The translations under genes were made by a program, and so were the position numbers. DNA of 64,000 bases, from IMG/VR virus record IMGVR_UViG_3300013123_000002; one strand, 5' to 3'. Positions 39,901 through 47,951 of the stretch are shown here, piece by piece. The notes under the pieces were generated by a model, which was given only the letters and a program-made list of their open reading frames with translations, did no database searches and was not told the DNA's origin. Every line of letters begins with the position of its first letter. Position 1 is the stretch's first letter. Source of the DNA: an uncultured virus (IMG/VR IMGVR_UViG_3300013123_000002). Lineage: Duplodnaviria > Heunggongvirae > Uroviricota > Caudoviricetes.

Positions 39901-41133
39901 CAAGTAGCATCATCTTTTTTGACGACATTGTTCGACAGTCTTATTTCCGTGATACCAAACGTTTCGTTGCCTGACCCAGCTAACCTTCTTCTTTTGATCC
40001 AAGCTTTCTTGGTTCCGATTCTCTCTTTAATCTCAATTCCGAAGGCTTTCAATCCTTTGCAACCGCCGTCAATCTCGATAACTATTCCGCTAGACCCAAT
40101 TCTAAAACCTCTTTTGAAAGCTCTTATCGCTGCTCTAATAACTGCAACCTTTTCTCTTATAGATGAGGCAGCCGATGCTTACCGAAAAGCTAAGGAAGAG
40201 GCAGGCGGATCTACTGATTCAATGGTTCCACTAGCCGATCCTCCGACCGTCCCGGTGAAGGACCAACGAGGTGTGTTTGGCGTGTCAGAGGCTGATAAGG
40301 AATCCGCCAAACAAGTATTTTCAGCTTCGTGTGGGTTCGGTACTACTGTTTCCGTCACAGTTGACGAAACAAACACGCCAGTTGGACAAAGGTACGTGTT
40401 CACCGATCCAACTACCGGTGAAAGATCATCAACTGATTCGCCGGTTTTCAAAGTTTCACTAAGCTTGTCAGACGGCACGATCGTAAACTTAGCAGCATTT
40501 CCTCTTCTTGCTCTTGACCTTTACGGCTACTTCCACCTCATAACGGGCGCAGACATAATCGAATTCATTAGAACTCTCATGAATTCAGTTTTTGACATGA
40601 TAGTTGCTCCGTTAAAAGCGGTAGTAGACCTTCTATCTAAACTTTCGCTATCTCTAAACAGTTACAGTTTCAACATAATAGAAGCTGCTTTACCTTTAAT
40701 AACGATATTGAAACTGGCGAAAATTGCGATAGACGCAGCCATTCCAAATTCGGTAAAATTGAAAATAATAAGCCCAGACGCGTTCAACCTCATTCAGCTG
40801 ACCATTATACCTGCTTTAGAAGCTATCGAACCTGTTCTGAAACAGATAGCATGGATCGGCGTTCTAGCTTTGTGCGCATTAGGCAATCCGATAACGAATT
40901 ACATAACGGTTGCCGGCGCAAGGTTGATCCACCCGATCATGAACATGGACGATCTTCCACCTTGGGAAAGGTTGACTCACAAAAATCCGCTATTTGCGAT
41001 TTTCTTGGACGAGATAGCTTGGAGAGGTTCGATCTATGCAACCGGTTCTCTTATATTTCAAACGAAAACACCAGCGGTCTTGCCGTACTCTCCTACTTTT
41101 CCGATAAATCACATTACTCCTCACATGATGTAA
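36970..41133 (+). CDS. Large hypothetical protein with coiled coils and Pro-rich hydrophobic segments (1387 aa)
   Basis: Uninterrupted ORF alternating charged helical and hydrophobic P/I/L-rich stretches. Confidence 0.6.
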   Translation: MELSDYKSLIDAVRCGSAPSLGFTDEEFDRVKACIDQVKPIETIDVSSDLSIDTSQMDCLPSAILELQKMLEDQQGKLLDGMKQGILRAKVQELRDNLDTVKIYYEARHRFLGEVIDTLVKEGIAKANQKIQSIEALPTSDAETANLIQSTTTQITGQLIAYFSNQATQFVPSRAATFALRLIGLNGVTVKLPDPETNQLVETTVQIFDSPFLTKDLFGVKRIFSLVNQDAYDPNKSSNPPKEISDYDSLPGFLYNGNSPDIYPGLYRKMAKPLSYLFTLEERGLTVDESLIDPQLKEIKDAPTTVSEGETTYYIQNQATYEAFYDSLKDEYPKRVKKEKEEVYPNIIQSSSQAIQSLAIREAADVFRKSPNMGSTVILTFYANARSEVEQLISDCDDQLKKLDTLIKENVMDEEATKKKILGIPCFTKAGTIVPESDPGCEEDTKKKLGTDPLYLRTLGEINFGLPDIGSQCYWKEFAKALNKICLLPFPDLSGPPPANLGFRYWPVNCVIPAGPALVLLTIPPIWKPLFVIPTAVGTLICFLTMPIAPIGIPLPSIYLFYFAPDGTKYLPLAVNIPLLWSNTKNLVFGYELDTSSNSQNPLGLNPSNSYKGYPIKGAFTQPLAISAASSKATRLAKLAIDIASGKQPTVTNINGEQLPFDMSSEDYSKYYLSETEMMKNIVDADPSKEFDRQLDRLKATLNKQLDKLGNMQTESVNNLREEQRNARSEALTEAETEKNLAKKRKDKKAARALNTITIQQKINSTVDDFNKHIDNIKFGTIRFPKDSTKNNPGIPEAITAVIDLITMASLGDFKVEESAKSLNAQMKKAVAKINMNEAVTKQSFNLELQEDLDELKDSLNNMVQETIKYLKGDPVNFDLSQAKDDDEAKEMMIANRNLQELARDALAFTAVALLNPPKITLFNFSKKCCEISSQPVFSGVPPEVAMAFAVLSALMQAIIDGLTVDSIIGFLGISGKQVASSFLTTLFDSLISVIPNVSLPDPANLLLLIQAFLVPILSLISIPKAFNPLQPPSISITIPLDPILKPLLKALIAALITATFSLIDEAADAYRKAKEEAGGSTDSMVPLADPPTVPVKDQRGVFGVSEADKESAKQVFSASCGFGTTVSVTVDETNTPVGQRYVFTDPTTGERSSTDSPVFKVSLSLSDGTIVNLAAFPLLALDLYGYFHLITGADIIEFIRTLMNSVFDMIVAPLKAVVDLLSKLSLSLNSYSFNIIEAALPLITILKLAKIAIDAAIPNSVKLKIISPDAFNLIQLTIIPALEAIEPVLKQIAWIGVLALCALGNPITNYITVAGARLIHPIMNMDDLPPWERLTHKNPLFAIFLDEIAWRGSIYATGSLIFQTKTPAVLPYSPTFPINHITPHMM

Positions 41134-41151
41134 AAAAAGTGAGGTTGACAA

Positions 41152-41178
41152 AAACCATGAGTGTGTTCTCCGTATAAT
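41152..41178 (+). promoter_or_regulatory. Pre-late promoter AAAC-N17-TATAAT
   Basis: aaac-catgagtgtgttctccg-tataat; places the start of the S1-like gene at ATG 41209. Confidence 0.7.
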
Positions 41179-41208
41179 AAGAAAGAGTTATCCTTTAATA
41201 ACGCAAAC

Positions 41209-42390
41209 ATGAGCTTAAAATTAGTTGACATCACCGTTCCTGGATCGGACGTTCTTACCCAGCCGACTACAAAATTCAACGAAACCCTAAACCTTATCAG
41301 CGGAGACAGCAAAGCTCGAGTTAAGATCTTTTGCAAGGAGCCGTATGCTCAGGAACTATACGATCTCTACGTGAACAATTGCGTCACCAACGAGATAGGG
41401 TCGAAGGACTTTTCTGAAGGTCAGATGTGTGTGGTCGTTGCAAAAACGATCGATTTTACTAATAAAATGATTCAGACCGAGGAAAAGTACTCAAAGACCA
41501 GCGTGGTCGTTCCTTTCAGGGAATACTCTGAGGATCCTGAGATACTTTTGAATGACGAGTCTTCTCGCGAATTCAGAGTGATCATCACCAAAACAAACTC
41601 CGGTGATTATTACGGTTCGGAGAAACAGACAGCTACTCTGACCCACCGCGAACACCTAAACGATTTCATGAAGGGCGACAAATGGTTCATCGTGAAGATC
41701 GTTAGCCTTGTGAAGGGTGGTTACCTTGCTCTCTACAAAGGAAACATCAAGTGCTTCCTTCCGGGTTCTCACGCGGCTGCTAACGTGATAAAAGATTTTG
41801 ACGAGTACCTGAACAAGGAAATTCCTGTCATGATCGAAAATTACGATGCCGCGAACGATCTGTACATTGTTTCGTATAAAAAGTACGTTAAGTACACGCT
41901 GCCTCAGAGAATTCACGAACTTGAATTTGGCAAGAAGTACACAGGCGTGATGACCAACGATCCGTACGCTTTTGGCATCTTCGTAGAAATCAACGGTTAC
42001 TTTACTGGACTTCTACACCAGACGGAATTCGCAGATTACGAAAAGTTCTGCTCTACCTTAACCGGCCCTGAAATTGACGTGTATGTAAAGGACATAGTCA
42101 TCAAGAAAGGCGAGCCACGAATAATTCTCACAGACACTCTAAGCAAAGTTGATGAGGACAAGCTTGCATGGCAGGATTTCAAAACCAGGATCGAGGGCAA
42201 GACTCTAAGGTACGTTCTCGACAAGTCAGACTTTCACATTGAGGTCGACATGCCGGATGAGGATTCAACTTTCAGGACAGACGTAAGTCACCTTAAAGGT
42301 AAGATCCGAATACCTAACACCGGAAACGTCACCATCACCAGGGTCGACACCATTCGCAAAAACTTGAAACTGGATTTCATTGACATCTAA
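41209..42390 (+). CDS. rpsA: Ribosomal protein bS1-like multi-S1-domain protein
   Basis: VKGGYLALYKGNIKCFLPGSH resembles bS1 domain 2 and AFGIFVEINGYFTGLLHQTEF resembles domain 3; shorter than a cellular 6-domain bS1. Confidence 0.75.
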   Translation: MSLKLVDITVPGSDVLTQPTTKFNETLNLISGDSKARVKIFCKEPYAQELYDLYVNNCVTNEIGSKDFSEGQMCVVVAKTIDFTNKMIQTEEKYSKTSVVVPFREYSEDPEILLNDESSREFRVIITKTNSGDYYGSEKQTATLTHREHLNDFMKGDKWFIVKIVSLVKGGYLALYKGNIKCFLPGSHAAANVIKDFDEYLNKEIPVMIENYDAANDLYIVSYKKYVKYTLPQRIHELEFGKKYTGVMTNDPYAFGIFVEINGYFTGLLHQTEFADYEKFCSTLTGPEIDVYVKDIVIKKGEPRIILTDTLSKVDEDKLAWQDFKTRIEGKTLRYVLDKSDFHIEVDMPDEDSTFRTDVSHLKGKIRIPNTGNVTITRVDTIRKNLKLDFIDI

Positions 42391-42408
42391 TATTCTGACT
42401 CATCCTTA

Positions 42409-42416
42409 GATAAATA
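42409..42416 (+). promoter_or_regulatory. Late promoter (GATAAATA) upstream of a non-coding/structured segment
   Basis: Exact motif with no long ORF before the next terminator. Confidence 0.6.
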
Positions 42417-42419
42417 ATC

Positions 42420-42578
42420 TAAAGGTATGAGTCATTCAGACAAACCCAGTTTGTTGACGAACTAGCTAGTCAATTTTAGAACATTTTCAAGCTTAACTTT
42501 CGTCAAGAACCTAGCACTCATATCCGATTTTGAATACTTAGGCCTAAGACGGGAAGGAGAAATCCTTCCCGTTTTTTT
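42420..42578 (+). ncRNA. Candidate late structured small RNA (unassigned family)
   Basis: Lies between a late promoter and a terminator; nested stems tatgagt/actcata, acaaac/gtttgt and ttgacgaa/ttcgtcaa. Confidence 0.4.
42549..42578 (+). terminator. Rho-independent terminator
   Basis: acgggaagga-GAAA-tccttcccgt followed by a T run. Confidence 0.85.
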
Positions 42579-42586
42579 GATAAATA
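42579..42586 (+). promoter_or_regulatory. Late promoter (GATAAATA)
   Basis: Immediately after the terminator, 23 nt upstream of ATG 42610. Confidence 0.7.
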
Positions 42587-42609
42587 GTATCAGAAAAAGG
42601 CAGTTTACC

Positions 42610-43182
42610 ATGGACATTCTCAGCTTTGACGAATTTAGAAAATCCGTACTAATACTTGAACAGGACGAACTTGGTGCTGGGGCTCCTCCTCCACCTCCTT
42701 CTCCAGCGGTAGACACTCCTCCACCGCCACCGACGACTCCTCCTCCTCCACCTCCTGCAGATTTTGGTGCAGGATCTTCAACCTTACCACCTGATCCAAA
42801 CGCGCCAGTAGCAGCTCCTACTGAGCCAACCGGATTGCGCTTTGTTTTTATTCAGGACGCTCCTCAGAAAAAATGGCACGGTGAGTTCGATAAGGAAGGC
42901 GGAGTTAAGAGATTCACAGTTTACGAAGTATCTCAGGAAGAGCTGGAAAAGTGGTTAACCACTCACAAGGACGAAGAAAATGCTGAACTTGTGAAAGCTG
43001 CGCTAAACGGAAAGAGACCGATGCCGTCAAACGTTTACTCGGATTTCAAAAGAGAAGTGATGGACGGAACTCTCGGAACGGATAAGGGACCGATTGACGT
43101 TACTTTCGATTCAGAAAATGAATTTGACAATCCATCTACTGACGATCTGAGCGTTGTGTTCTTGAGATCATCGAAAAAATGA
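42610..43182 (+). CDS. Pro-rich hypothetical protein, possible capsid-internal protein
   Basis: ATG 42610 lies downstream of a late promoter; N-terminus MDILSFDEFRKSVLILEQ; poly-Pro linker. Confidence 0.6.
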   Translation: MDILSFDEFRKSVLILEQDELGAGAPPPPPSPAVDTPPPPPTTPPPPPPADFGAGSSTLPPDPNAPVAAPTEPTGLRFVFIQDAPQKKWHGEFDKEGGVKRFTVYEVSQEELEKWLTTHKDEENAELVKAALNGKRPMPSNVYSDFKREVMDGTLGTDKGPIDVTFDSENEFDNPSTDDLSVVFLRSSKK

Positions 43183-43910
43183 TAATGGATTTTTTGCGGT
43201 TCGTGTACGAGTCAAAATACGATTTCTTTTCGGAAGAAATCGCGAATACTTTGATGAAACTCATCACGTCCAAAAAAGCCGAAGCTTTCAAAGGCCGGAT
43301 CGCTAGGACTATTGAGTACGTCGATCCTGCGACATTTTCTCTGACAATAACAGTTGCTAGAAGCAAAACGTTCGAACCTAGCAAAAGTAAAATTTTCTAC
43401 AGCGTTCCTTGGGAAAAGCAAAACTTTAGTAAAAATGGTTTCGCTATCGACGCAAGATCCTACATATTTTACGAGGACCACGCGCCTGACCCAGAAATAG
43501 AAGTAAACATAGTCATCGACCCTTCCAAAGAACCAGAATCTCACAAACTTTTATACTTCCGTCTTTTGGATTGCGTTAGACACGAGCTTGAACACCTTCT
43601 TCAGAAAGGGCAGAACAAGCAACCGCACCATTCAGGTTCTGAAGTAGACAAAAATCGAAAGGAATCGGAATCCTCTTACAAGTATTTTCTTTTACCGGAT
43701 GAAATACCGGCGATGGTTTCAGGAATGAGACTGTCATCAGACAAGAAGGGCATACCGGCTGACGTTGAATTCGAAGCGTACCTTTCTCCAATCAAAGATT
43801 CCGGATTAATCACGGCCGAGGAAATGAAAGAGGTCATCGACTGGTGGGTAAAATTCACGATAAAACACTTTCCGGAAACAAAAATAAGCAAAAAGTATCG
43901 GATTCTTTAA
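43179..43910 (+). CDS. HExxH zincin-like metallopeptidase-domain protein
   Basis: VRHELEHLLQ with a downstream YFLLPDE(IPA) third-ligand-like motif. Confidence 0.55.
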   Translation: MIMDFLRFVYESKYDFFSEEIANTLMKLITSKKAEAFKGRIARTIEYVDPATFSLTITVARSKTFEPSKSKIFYSVPWEKQNFSKNGFAIDARSYIFYEDHAPDPEIEVNIVIDPSKEPESHKLLYFRLLDCVRHELEHLLQKGQNKQPHHSGSEVDKNRKESESSYKYFLLPDEIPAMVSGMRLSSDKKGIPADVEFEAYLSPIKDSGLITAEEMKEVIDWWVKFTIKHFPETKISKKYRIL

Positions 43911-43936
43911 AACCGATTTCTTTTCACAAATATAAT
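43910..43936 (+). promoter_or_regulatory. Pre-late promoter AAAC-N17-TATAAT
   Basis: aaac-cgatttcttttcacaaa-tataat upstream of ATG 43968. Confidence 0.7.
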
Positions 43937-43967
43937 AATTCAAATCCTTAAAATAAACAACAAGAAC

Positions 43968-44153
43968 ATGGCAAATTGGTTAGAACAAATCAAAACCGCG
44001 GTCAGCGAACTCGAAGTTGAGCACAACAAATTCTACAACAAGGGAAACAACTCAGCTGGTACCCGCGCCCGCAAGCTTCTGCAGGATATTAAACAGCTTT
44101 CCCAGGAAGGTCGTAACGACATCCAGAATGTGAAGGCTTCGGTTAAGCAGTAA
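43968..44153 (+). CDS. Histone H1-like (Hc1-family, Bacteroidota-type) small protein
   Basis: KFYNKGNNSAGTRARKLLQDIKQLSQEGR matches the Hc1-like KF..KGN.AAGTRARK motif. Confidence 0.8.
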   Translation: MANWLEQIKTAVSELEVEHNKFYNKGNNSAGTRARKLLQDIKQLSQEGRNDIQNVKASVKQ

Positions 44154-44184
44154 GCAGATCAAAGTACCTCCTTTCTTTAATCTG

Positions 44185-44218
44185 AATGGGCAGAAGTGAA
44201 AACTTTTGCCCATTTTTT
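44185..44218 (+). terminator. Rho-independent terminator
   Basis: aatgggcagaagt-GAAA-acttttgcccatt followed by a T run. Confidence 0.8.
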
Positions 44219-44221
44219 GTG

Positions 44222-44248
44222 AAACCTTTGCCGCCTTCTGTGTAAAAG
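44222..44248 (+). promoter_or_regulatory. Pre-late promoter AAAC-N17-TAAAAG
   Basis: Immediately after the terminator and upstream of the SSB gene. Confidence 0.6.
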
Positions 44249-44289
44249 AATAAGTAAAAATAACACCCCTAAAAAATCACATTTGAAAA

Positions 44290-45384
44290 ATGGAAGACCT
44301 TTTTAATCTTAATCCAGACGATTTTACCGGTAAATCAGGAGGCACTCGAAAAGTTGACGAAAACCTTTACAACCCAGGACCCGATCAAGGGCAGAACGGA
44401 GTTTACAAATCAATCATTCGTTTCATTCCTTGGGCACAAGACCCGGCAAAGAGCAAGTACAAAAAGTACTCAGCAAAACTTCAAAACCCGTTAACCAACG
44501 AGAAAATTTTCGTTGATTGTCCGTCCACAACCGGAGCACCATCAATCCTATGGTCGCTTGACTTAGAACTCAAGAACCTAAAGGAATCCGAACCTCAGAC
44601 CGTTGAGGAAATCAAAAAGTACTTTAACCGTTGCTACAACTACTTCTCTTGCATCTACATCAAGAGAGATCCGCAGTTCGAAAATCTCGAAGGAAAGATC
44701 AAAGTTTACTCTTTCGGTTACGGTATTGACAACCTCATCCAGCAGGAACTTCACCCGGAATCGGAGCTTGTCGTCGAGCAGTCGATCAACCCGTACTCTC
44801 TCACTGAGGGTAAGGATTTCGTTCTAGTCGTAAAGCGTAAGACCAAATCGTGGAGAGACTACACCTCCAGCAAGTTCATGAAAGAAGTCAGTCCGCTGAT
44901 CATCTCTCATGGCGGCAAGGAAATTCCAGTATCAGCGGATCCGAAGGTGATGAATTTCACCAAGAAGTTCCTTCTAGAAAATTCGCCTGACCTCAGCCAG
45001 TACTTCCTAAAGGAATGGACAGAAGAGGAATACGTGAAGATTGCAGAGTTCATCAAAGCGATCGTTCCGTACAAGCAGATCATCGATAACTTGGTAGCAG
45101 GCTTAAGGGATGAGAAGATGAAGAAACTCTTTACTTCAACTAAACCGGCTACGAAGCGCACTGCTCCAGCCGGCGAGGAACTTGAATTCACTCCAGCTCC
45201 AGCTCCTCAGTCTAAAAGTCAGTCTATATCAGTAGAACTTGACGAACCAGACGGTGGTCCGGAAGACATCAGCGAACCTGAACCGGAAGAAATGCCAGCT
45301 CCAACTGCACCACCTGCAACAACAGGAAAGGAAAAAGCCGGAGCGAAGAGTACCGACCTTGACGACCTTCTGGCCGACATGTAA
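44290..45384 (+). CDS. gp32: Single-stranded DNA-binding protein, T4 gp32-like
   Basis: IIRFIP, KVYSFG, PYSLTEGKDFVL, YTSSKF and the acidic tail DLDDLLADM. Confidence 0.85.
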   Translation: MEDLFNLNPDDFTGKSGGTRKVDENLYNPGPDQGQNGVYKSIIRFIPWAQDPAKSKYKKYSAKLQNPLTNEKIFVDCPSTTGAPSILWSLDLELKNLKESEPQTVEEIKKYFNRCYNYFSCIYIKRDPQFENLEGKIKVYSFGYGIDNLIQQELHPESELVVEQSINPYSLTEGKDFVLVVKRKTKSWRDYTSSKFMKEVSPLIISHGGKEIPVSADPKVMNFTKKFLLENSPDLSQYFLKEWTEEEYVKIAEFIKAIVPYKQIIDNLVAGLRDEKMKKLFTSTKPATKRTAPAGEELEFTPAPAPQSKSQSISVELDEPDGGPEDISEPEPEEMPAPTAPPATTGKEKAGAKSTDLDDLLADM

Positions 45385-45405
45385 AAATTAAACCACAGAC
45401 CTACC

Positions 45406-45753
45406 ATGGTAGAAAATCCTACCGCTGACGCTGCCTCCCCTAACAAGGAGGCAGCTGTTTCAGCTGAGAAAATTGATCAGACCAAGCCAATCGCTAGATT
45501 GCTTGGGTCTATTAGTTACGATAACGAAGAGGATTGGGAACTATTCCTAACAACGATGACTTCCCAGCAAGTCCTCATCGTTTTGATAGCTGCTGCTCGG
45601 TACGCTCAAGCTAAAGGTGCGTACAATTTAGAAGAGTCAGAACTAATATCGCGAGCTATAAAACGCTTGAAGGTTCACACTCAAGAAGCGATGCAAGCCG
45701 CTCAGAATAAAGAAGAATCACAGCAGTCACCACCTGAAGAAAAACAACCATGA
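45406..45753 (+). CDS. Hypothetical protein (115 aa)
   Basis: ORF in the operon; its stop overlaps the next ATG. Confidence 0.6.
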   Translation: MVENPTADAASPNKEAAVSAEKIDQTKPIARLLGSISYDNEEDWELFLTTMTSQQVLIVLIAAARYAQAKGAYNLEESELISRAIKRLKVHTQEAMQAAQNKEESQQSPPEEKQP

Positions 45754-46859
45754 ACATAGTAATCGACGGTAATGCATTTCTAAACGTAGCTACCAGCATT
45801 GTCAAGAATATTCTCGCAAACGACCGTTCGATCGGAGAGCGGTATTACGTCAACGATTTACTATCGGACGATAAGTTCATGCTAAAGCAGGCAAGCAAAG
45901 ATCAGTTCAAAAAATTCTCACTGAATTACCTAGGAAGCATCTTTGCTCCGTTCAAGGAAAACATCACGTCAGTATTCATAGTTTTCGACTCTAAGAGTTG
46001 GAGAAAACAGTTCATAAAGGATCACGTTGAGGAACACGGCGAGGGAGACTTTGCTTACAAGGGCACTCGCAAGTACGACGATAAGTCATACTTATTCTTC
46101 GATTACTTTCAGGACGAGCTCTTACCATTACTAGTTGAAGAGTACGGTGTAATCACCAGCCGAGTTCCTGGAGCAGAGGGAGATGATCTGATCGCGTACA
46201 TCTGTGAAAACGTCAACGAAGACATCTGCTTGTGGTCAGTTGATAAGGACCTTACTCAATTACTCGAAAGTGAAAAGAGAAAAGTCATTCTCCTGATGCC
46301 TAAGATGATGACCAAGTTCAAGAAAATTTACACAACGGAAACGTTTGAACCGATCGAAAGAAAGGACGTTGATTTGTTCAATTTCGACCTGGAAAGCGTT
46401 GATAATTCGGCAGTTGTGAACGTCCTGACAGACTTGATCACTAAAGATTACCAGCACCACCGAATCAACCCATCAGCTGATATTCTAATGAAGATTCTAG
46501 CTGGCGATAGTTCTGATAACATTCCTAGAGTTCACGAAAAGTTTACTCCTTCCAAAGTCGTTAAAGCTATGGACAAGATCAAGGAAACCGTTGAGTGGAA
46601 CGACGTAAAAAACTTAGTTGATTCAGGTGACCCAGCTTTCATGGATTTCTTGCATAAGGTAATATGTGACACTCTGAAGATAAGTGATCCTGGTGAATCT
46701 CAGACGATCCTGAACAACCTGAACCGAAACCGCAAGCTTATACGATTGAGCACAGCGGTCATGCCTAAGGAATTGGTGGAAGCGATGAAACGTTCGGTTA
46801 ACCTGGACAACAGAAAACGCTTCAACTACTTTAGGTTCAAAAAAAATTACAAGACCTAA
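45750..46859 (+). CDS. rnh: 5'-3' exonuclease / flap endonuclease, T4 RNase H-like
   Basis: VIDGN, FDSKSWRK, YKGTR, EGDDLIA, SVDKDLTQL, GDSSDNIP. Confidence 0.9.
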   Translation: MNIVIDGNAFLNVATSIVKNILANDRSIGERYYVNDLLSDDKFMLKQASKDQFKKFSLNYLGSIFAPFKENITSVFIVFDSKSWRKQFIKDHVEEHGEGDFAYKGTRKYDDKSYLFFDYFQDELLPLLVEEYGVITSRVPGAEGDDLIAYICENVNEDICLWSVDKDLTQLLESEKRKVILLMPKMMTKFKKIYTTETFEPIERKDVDLFNFDLESVDNSAVVNVLTDLITKDYQHHRINPSADILMKILAGDSSDNIPRVHEKFTPSKVVKAMDKIKETVEWNDVKNLVDSGDPAFMDFLHKVICDTLKISDPGESQTILNNLNRNRKLIRLSTAVMPKELVEAMKRSVNLDNRKRFNYFRFKKNYKT

Positions 46860-47182
46860 TGGAAAACGCAGTTGGATTTACCCCTCTATTCGAAAGAGTG
46901 ATGATAAAACCTGATGAGGTTGAAAAAAGAACCGAGACCGGCATCATCCTGCCAGTAGAATCAAGAAAGAGACCCAACACTGGGATAGTGGTCGAAGTGG
47001 GCCACCTCGTTTCCCAAAAGAACTGTCCGATAAAACCCGGAGACCACGTTCTTTACTTGAGGTACGCTGGTTTTGACGTTGAAGTCGACGGCCAGATCTA
47101 TCACCTGGTCATGGCAAACGATTTGGTTGGCATTATAGATAAGTCTATAAACAAATCGTTCGAACTCAAAGATTATGCATAA
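46859..47182 (+). CDS. groES: Co-chaperonin GroES
   Basis: PLFERVMIK, TETGIILP, GIVVEVG, KPGDHVLY..YAG. Confidence 0.92.
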   Translation: MENAVGFTPLFERVMIKPDEVEKRTETGIILPVESRKRPNTGIVVEVGHLVSQKNCPIKPGDHVLYLRYAGFDVEVDGQIYHLVMANDLVGIIDKSINKSFELKDYA

Positions 47183-47846
47183 CAAAGTTTTAAGGTTCAC
47201 GCAATTCATAGCCGAGCAAAAATCCCAATCTTCACCGGTTAGGATATTTTGCGACATGGACGGAGTTCTAACGGACTTCGATCGTGGTTTTAAGAGAATG
47301 AAGCTGAACCTGCACCATCACACGCCAGACGAGTACGAAAAGAAGCACGGTCGTCATTCTATATGGCAGATCGTAGACAAACGGAAGGAAAAGTTCTGGA
47401 AGAGATTACCTTGGACCGGAGACGGTCGCGAACTTTGGGATTACTTAGAAAGGTACAGCCCCTACATTCTGTCTGCTCCGAGCCGAAGCGAGTACTCTAA
47501 GGAAGGTAAGCTGATGTGGCTTAAATTGAACTTGGGCATAAACCAGAAAAAGGGTATTGAAACGCCAGAGGAACTGGAAGCTGAACCAGAAAAGAGGATC
47601 ATCTTTTCGAACAAGAAGGAACTCTTTGTCAAGACGGCGAACGACATACTCATAGACGACAAGAAGAGTAACATCGAAAAATGGACCGCTGCTGGCGGAA
47701 CCGGCATACTTCACGATGATTCGACAGATACTATTAGGTTATTGGAAGAAATCATTTCAAAGCTTCAGGGAGGGTTTGAAGAAGAACCTGACACAGAAGC
47801 GGACGAAACCCCACAGGAAGAAGAAACAGCCGATCAAGGCGCATAG
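47175..47846 (+). CDS. HAD-family 5'(3')-deoxyribonucleotidase-like protein
   Basis: CDMDGVLTDF, ILSAP, a conserved Lys and LIDD; N-terminal FTQFIAE extension and acidic tail. Confidence 0.8.
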   Translation: MHNKVLRFTQFIAEQKSQSSPVRIFCDMDGVLTDFDRGFKRMKLNLHHHTPDEYEKKHGRHSIWQIVDKRKEKFWKRLPWTGDGRELWDYLERYSPYILSAPSRSEYSKEGKLMWLKLNLGINQKKGIETPEELEAEPEKRIIFSNKKELFVKTANDILIDDKKSNIEKWTAAGGTGILHDDSTDTIRLLEEIISKLQGGFEEEPDTEADETPQEEETADQGA

Positions 47847-47898
47847 TTCTCGGACTTAAACCGAGTGGTGGAGTTGACCAAATCGGTCAGCCTAAAAC

Positions 47899-47931
47899 GA
47901 AAAAGGAGCTCAGCGAGCTCCTTTTTCTTTT
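47899..47931. terminator. Bidirectional rho-independent terminator between convergent genes
   Basis: gaaaaaggagctc-agc-gagctcctttttc. Confidence 0.85.
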
Positions 47932-47951
47932 CAACAAAACCAAATGTCGGG

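Noticed and set aside
41145..41178. Canonical sigma70 promoter TTGACA...TATAAT
   Set aside because: The spacer is 22 nt; the AAAC-N17 reading fits the recurring motif.
47847..47893. tRNA-like hairpins (ctcgg-acttaaa-ccgag; gttgacc/ggtcagc)
   Set aside because: No acceptor stem or D-arm and a non-canonical loop, so it cannot be folded as a tRNA; most likely 3' UTR structure.
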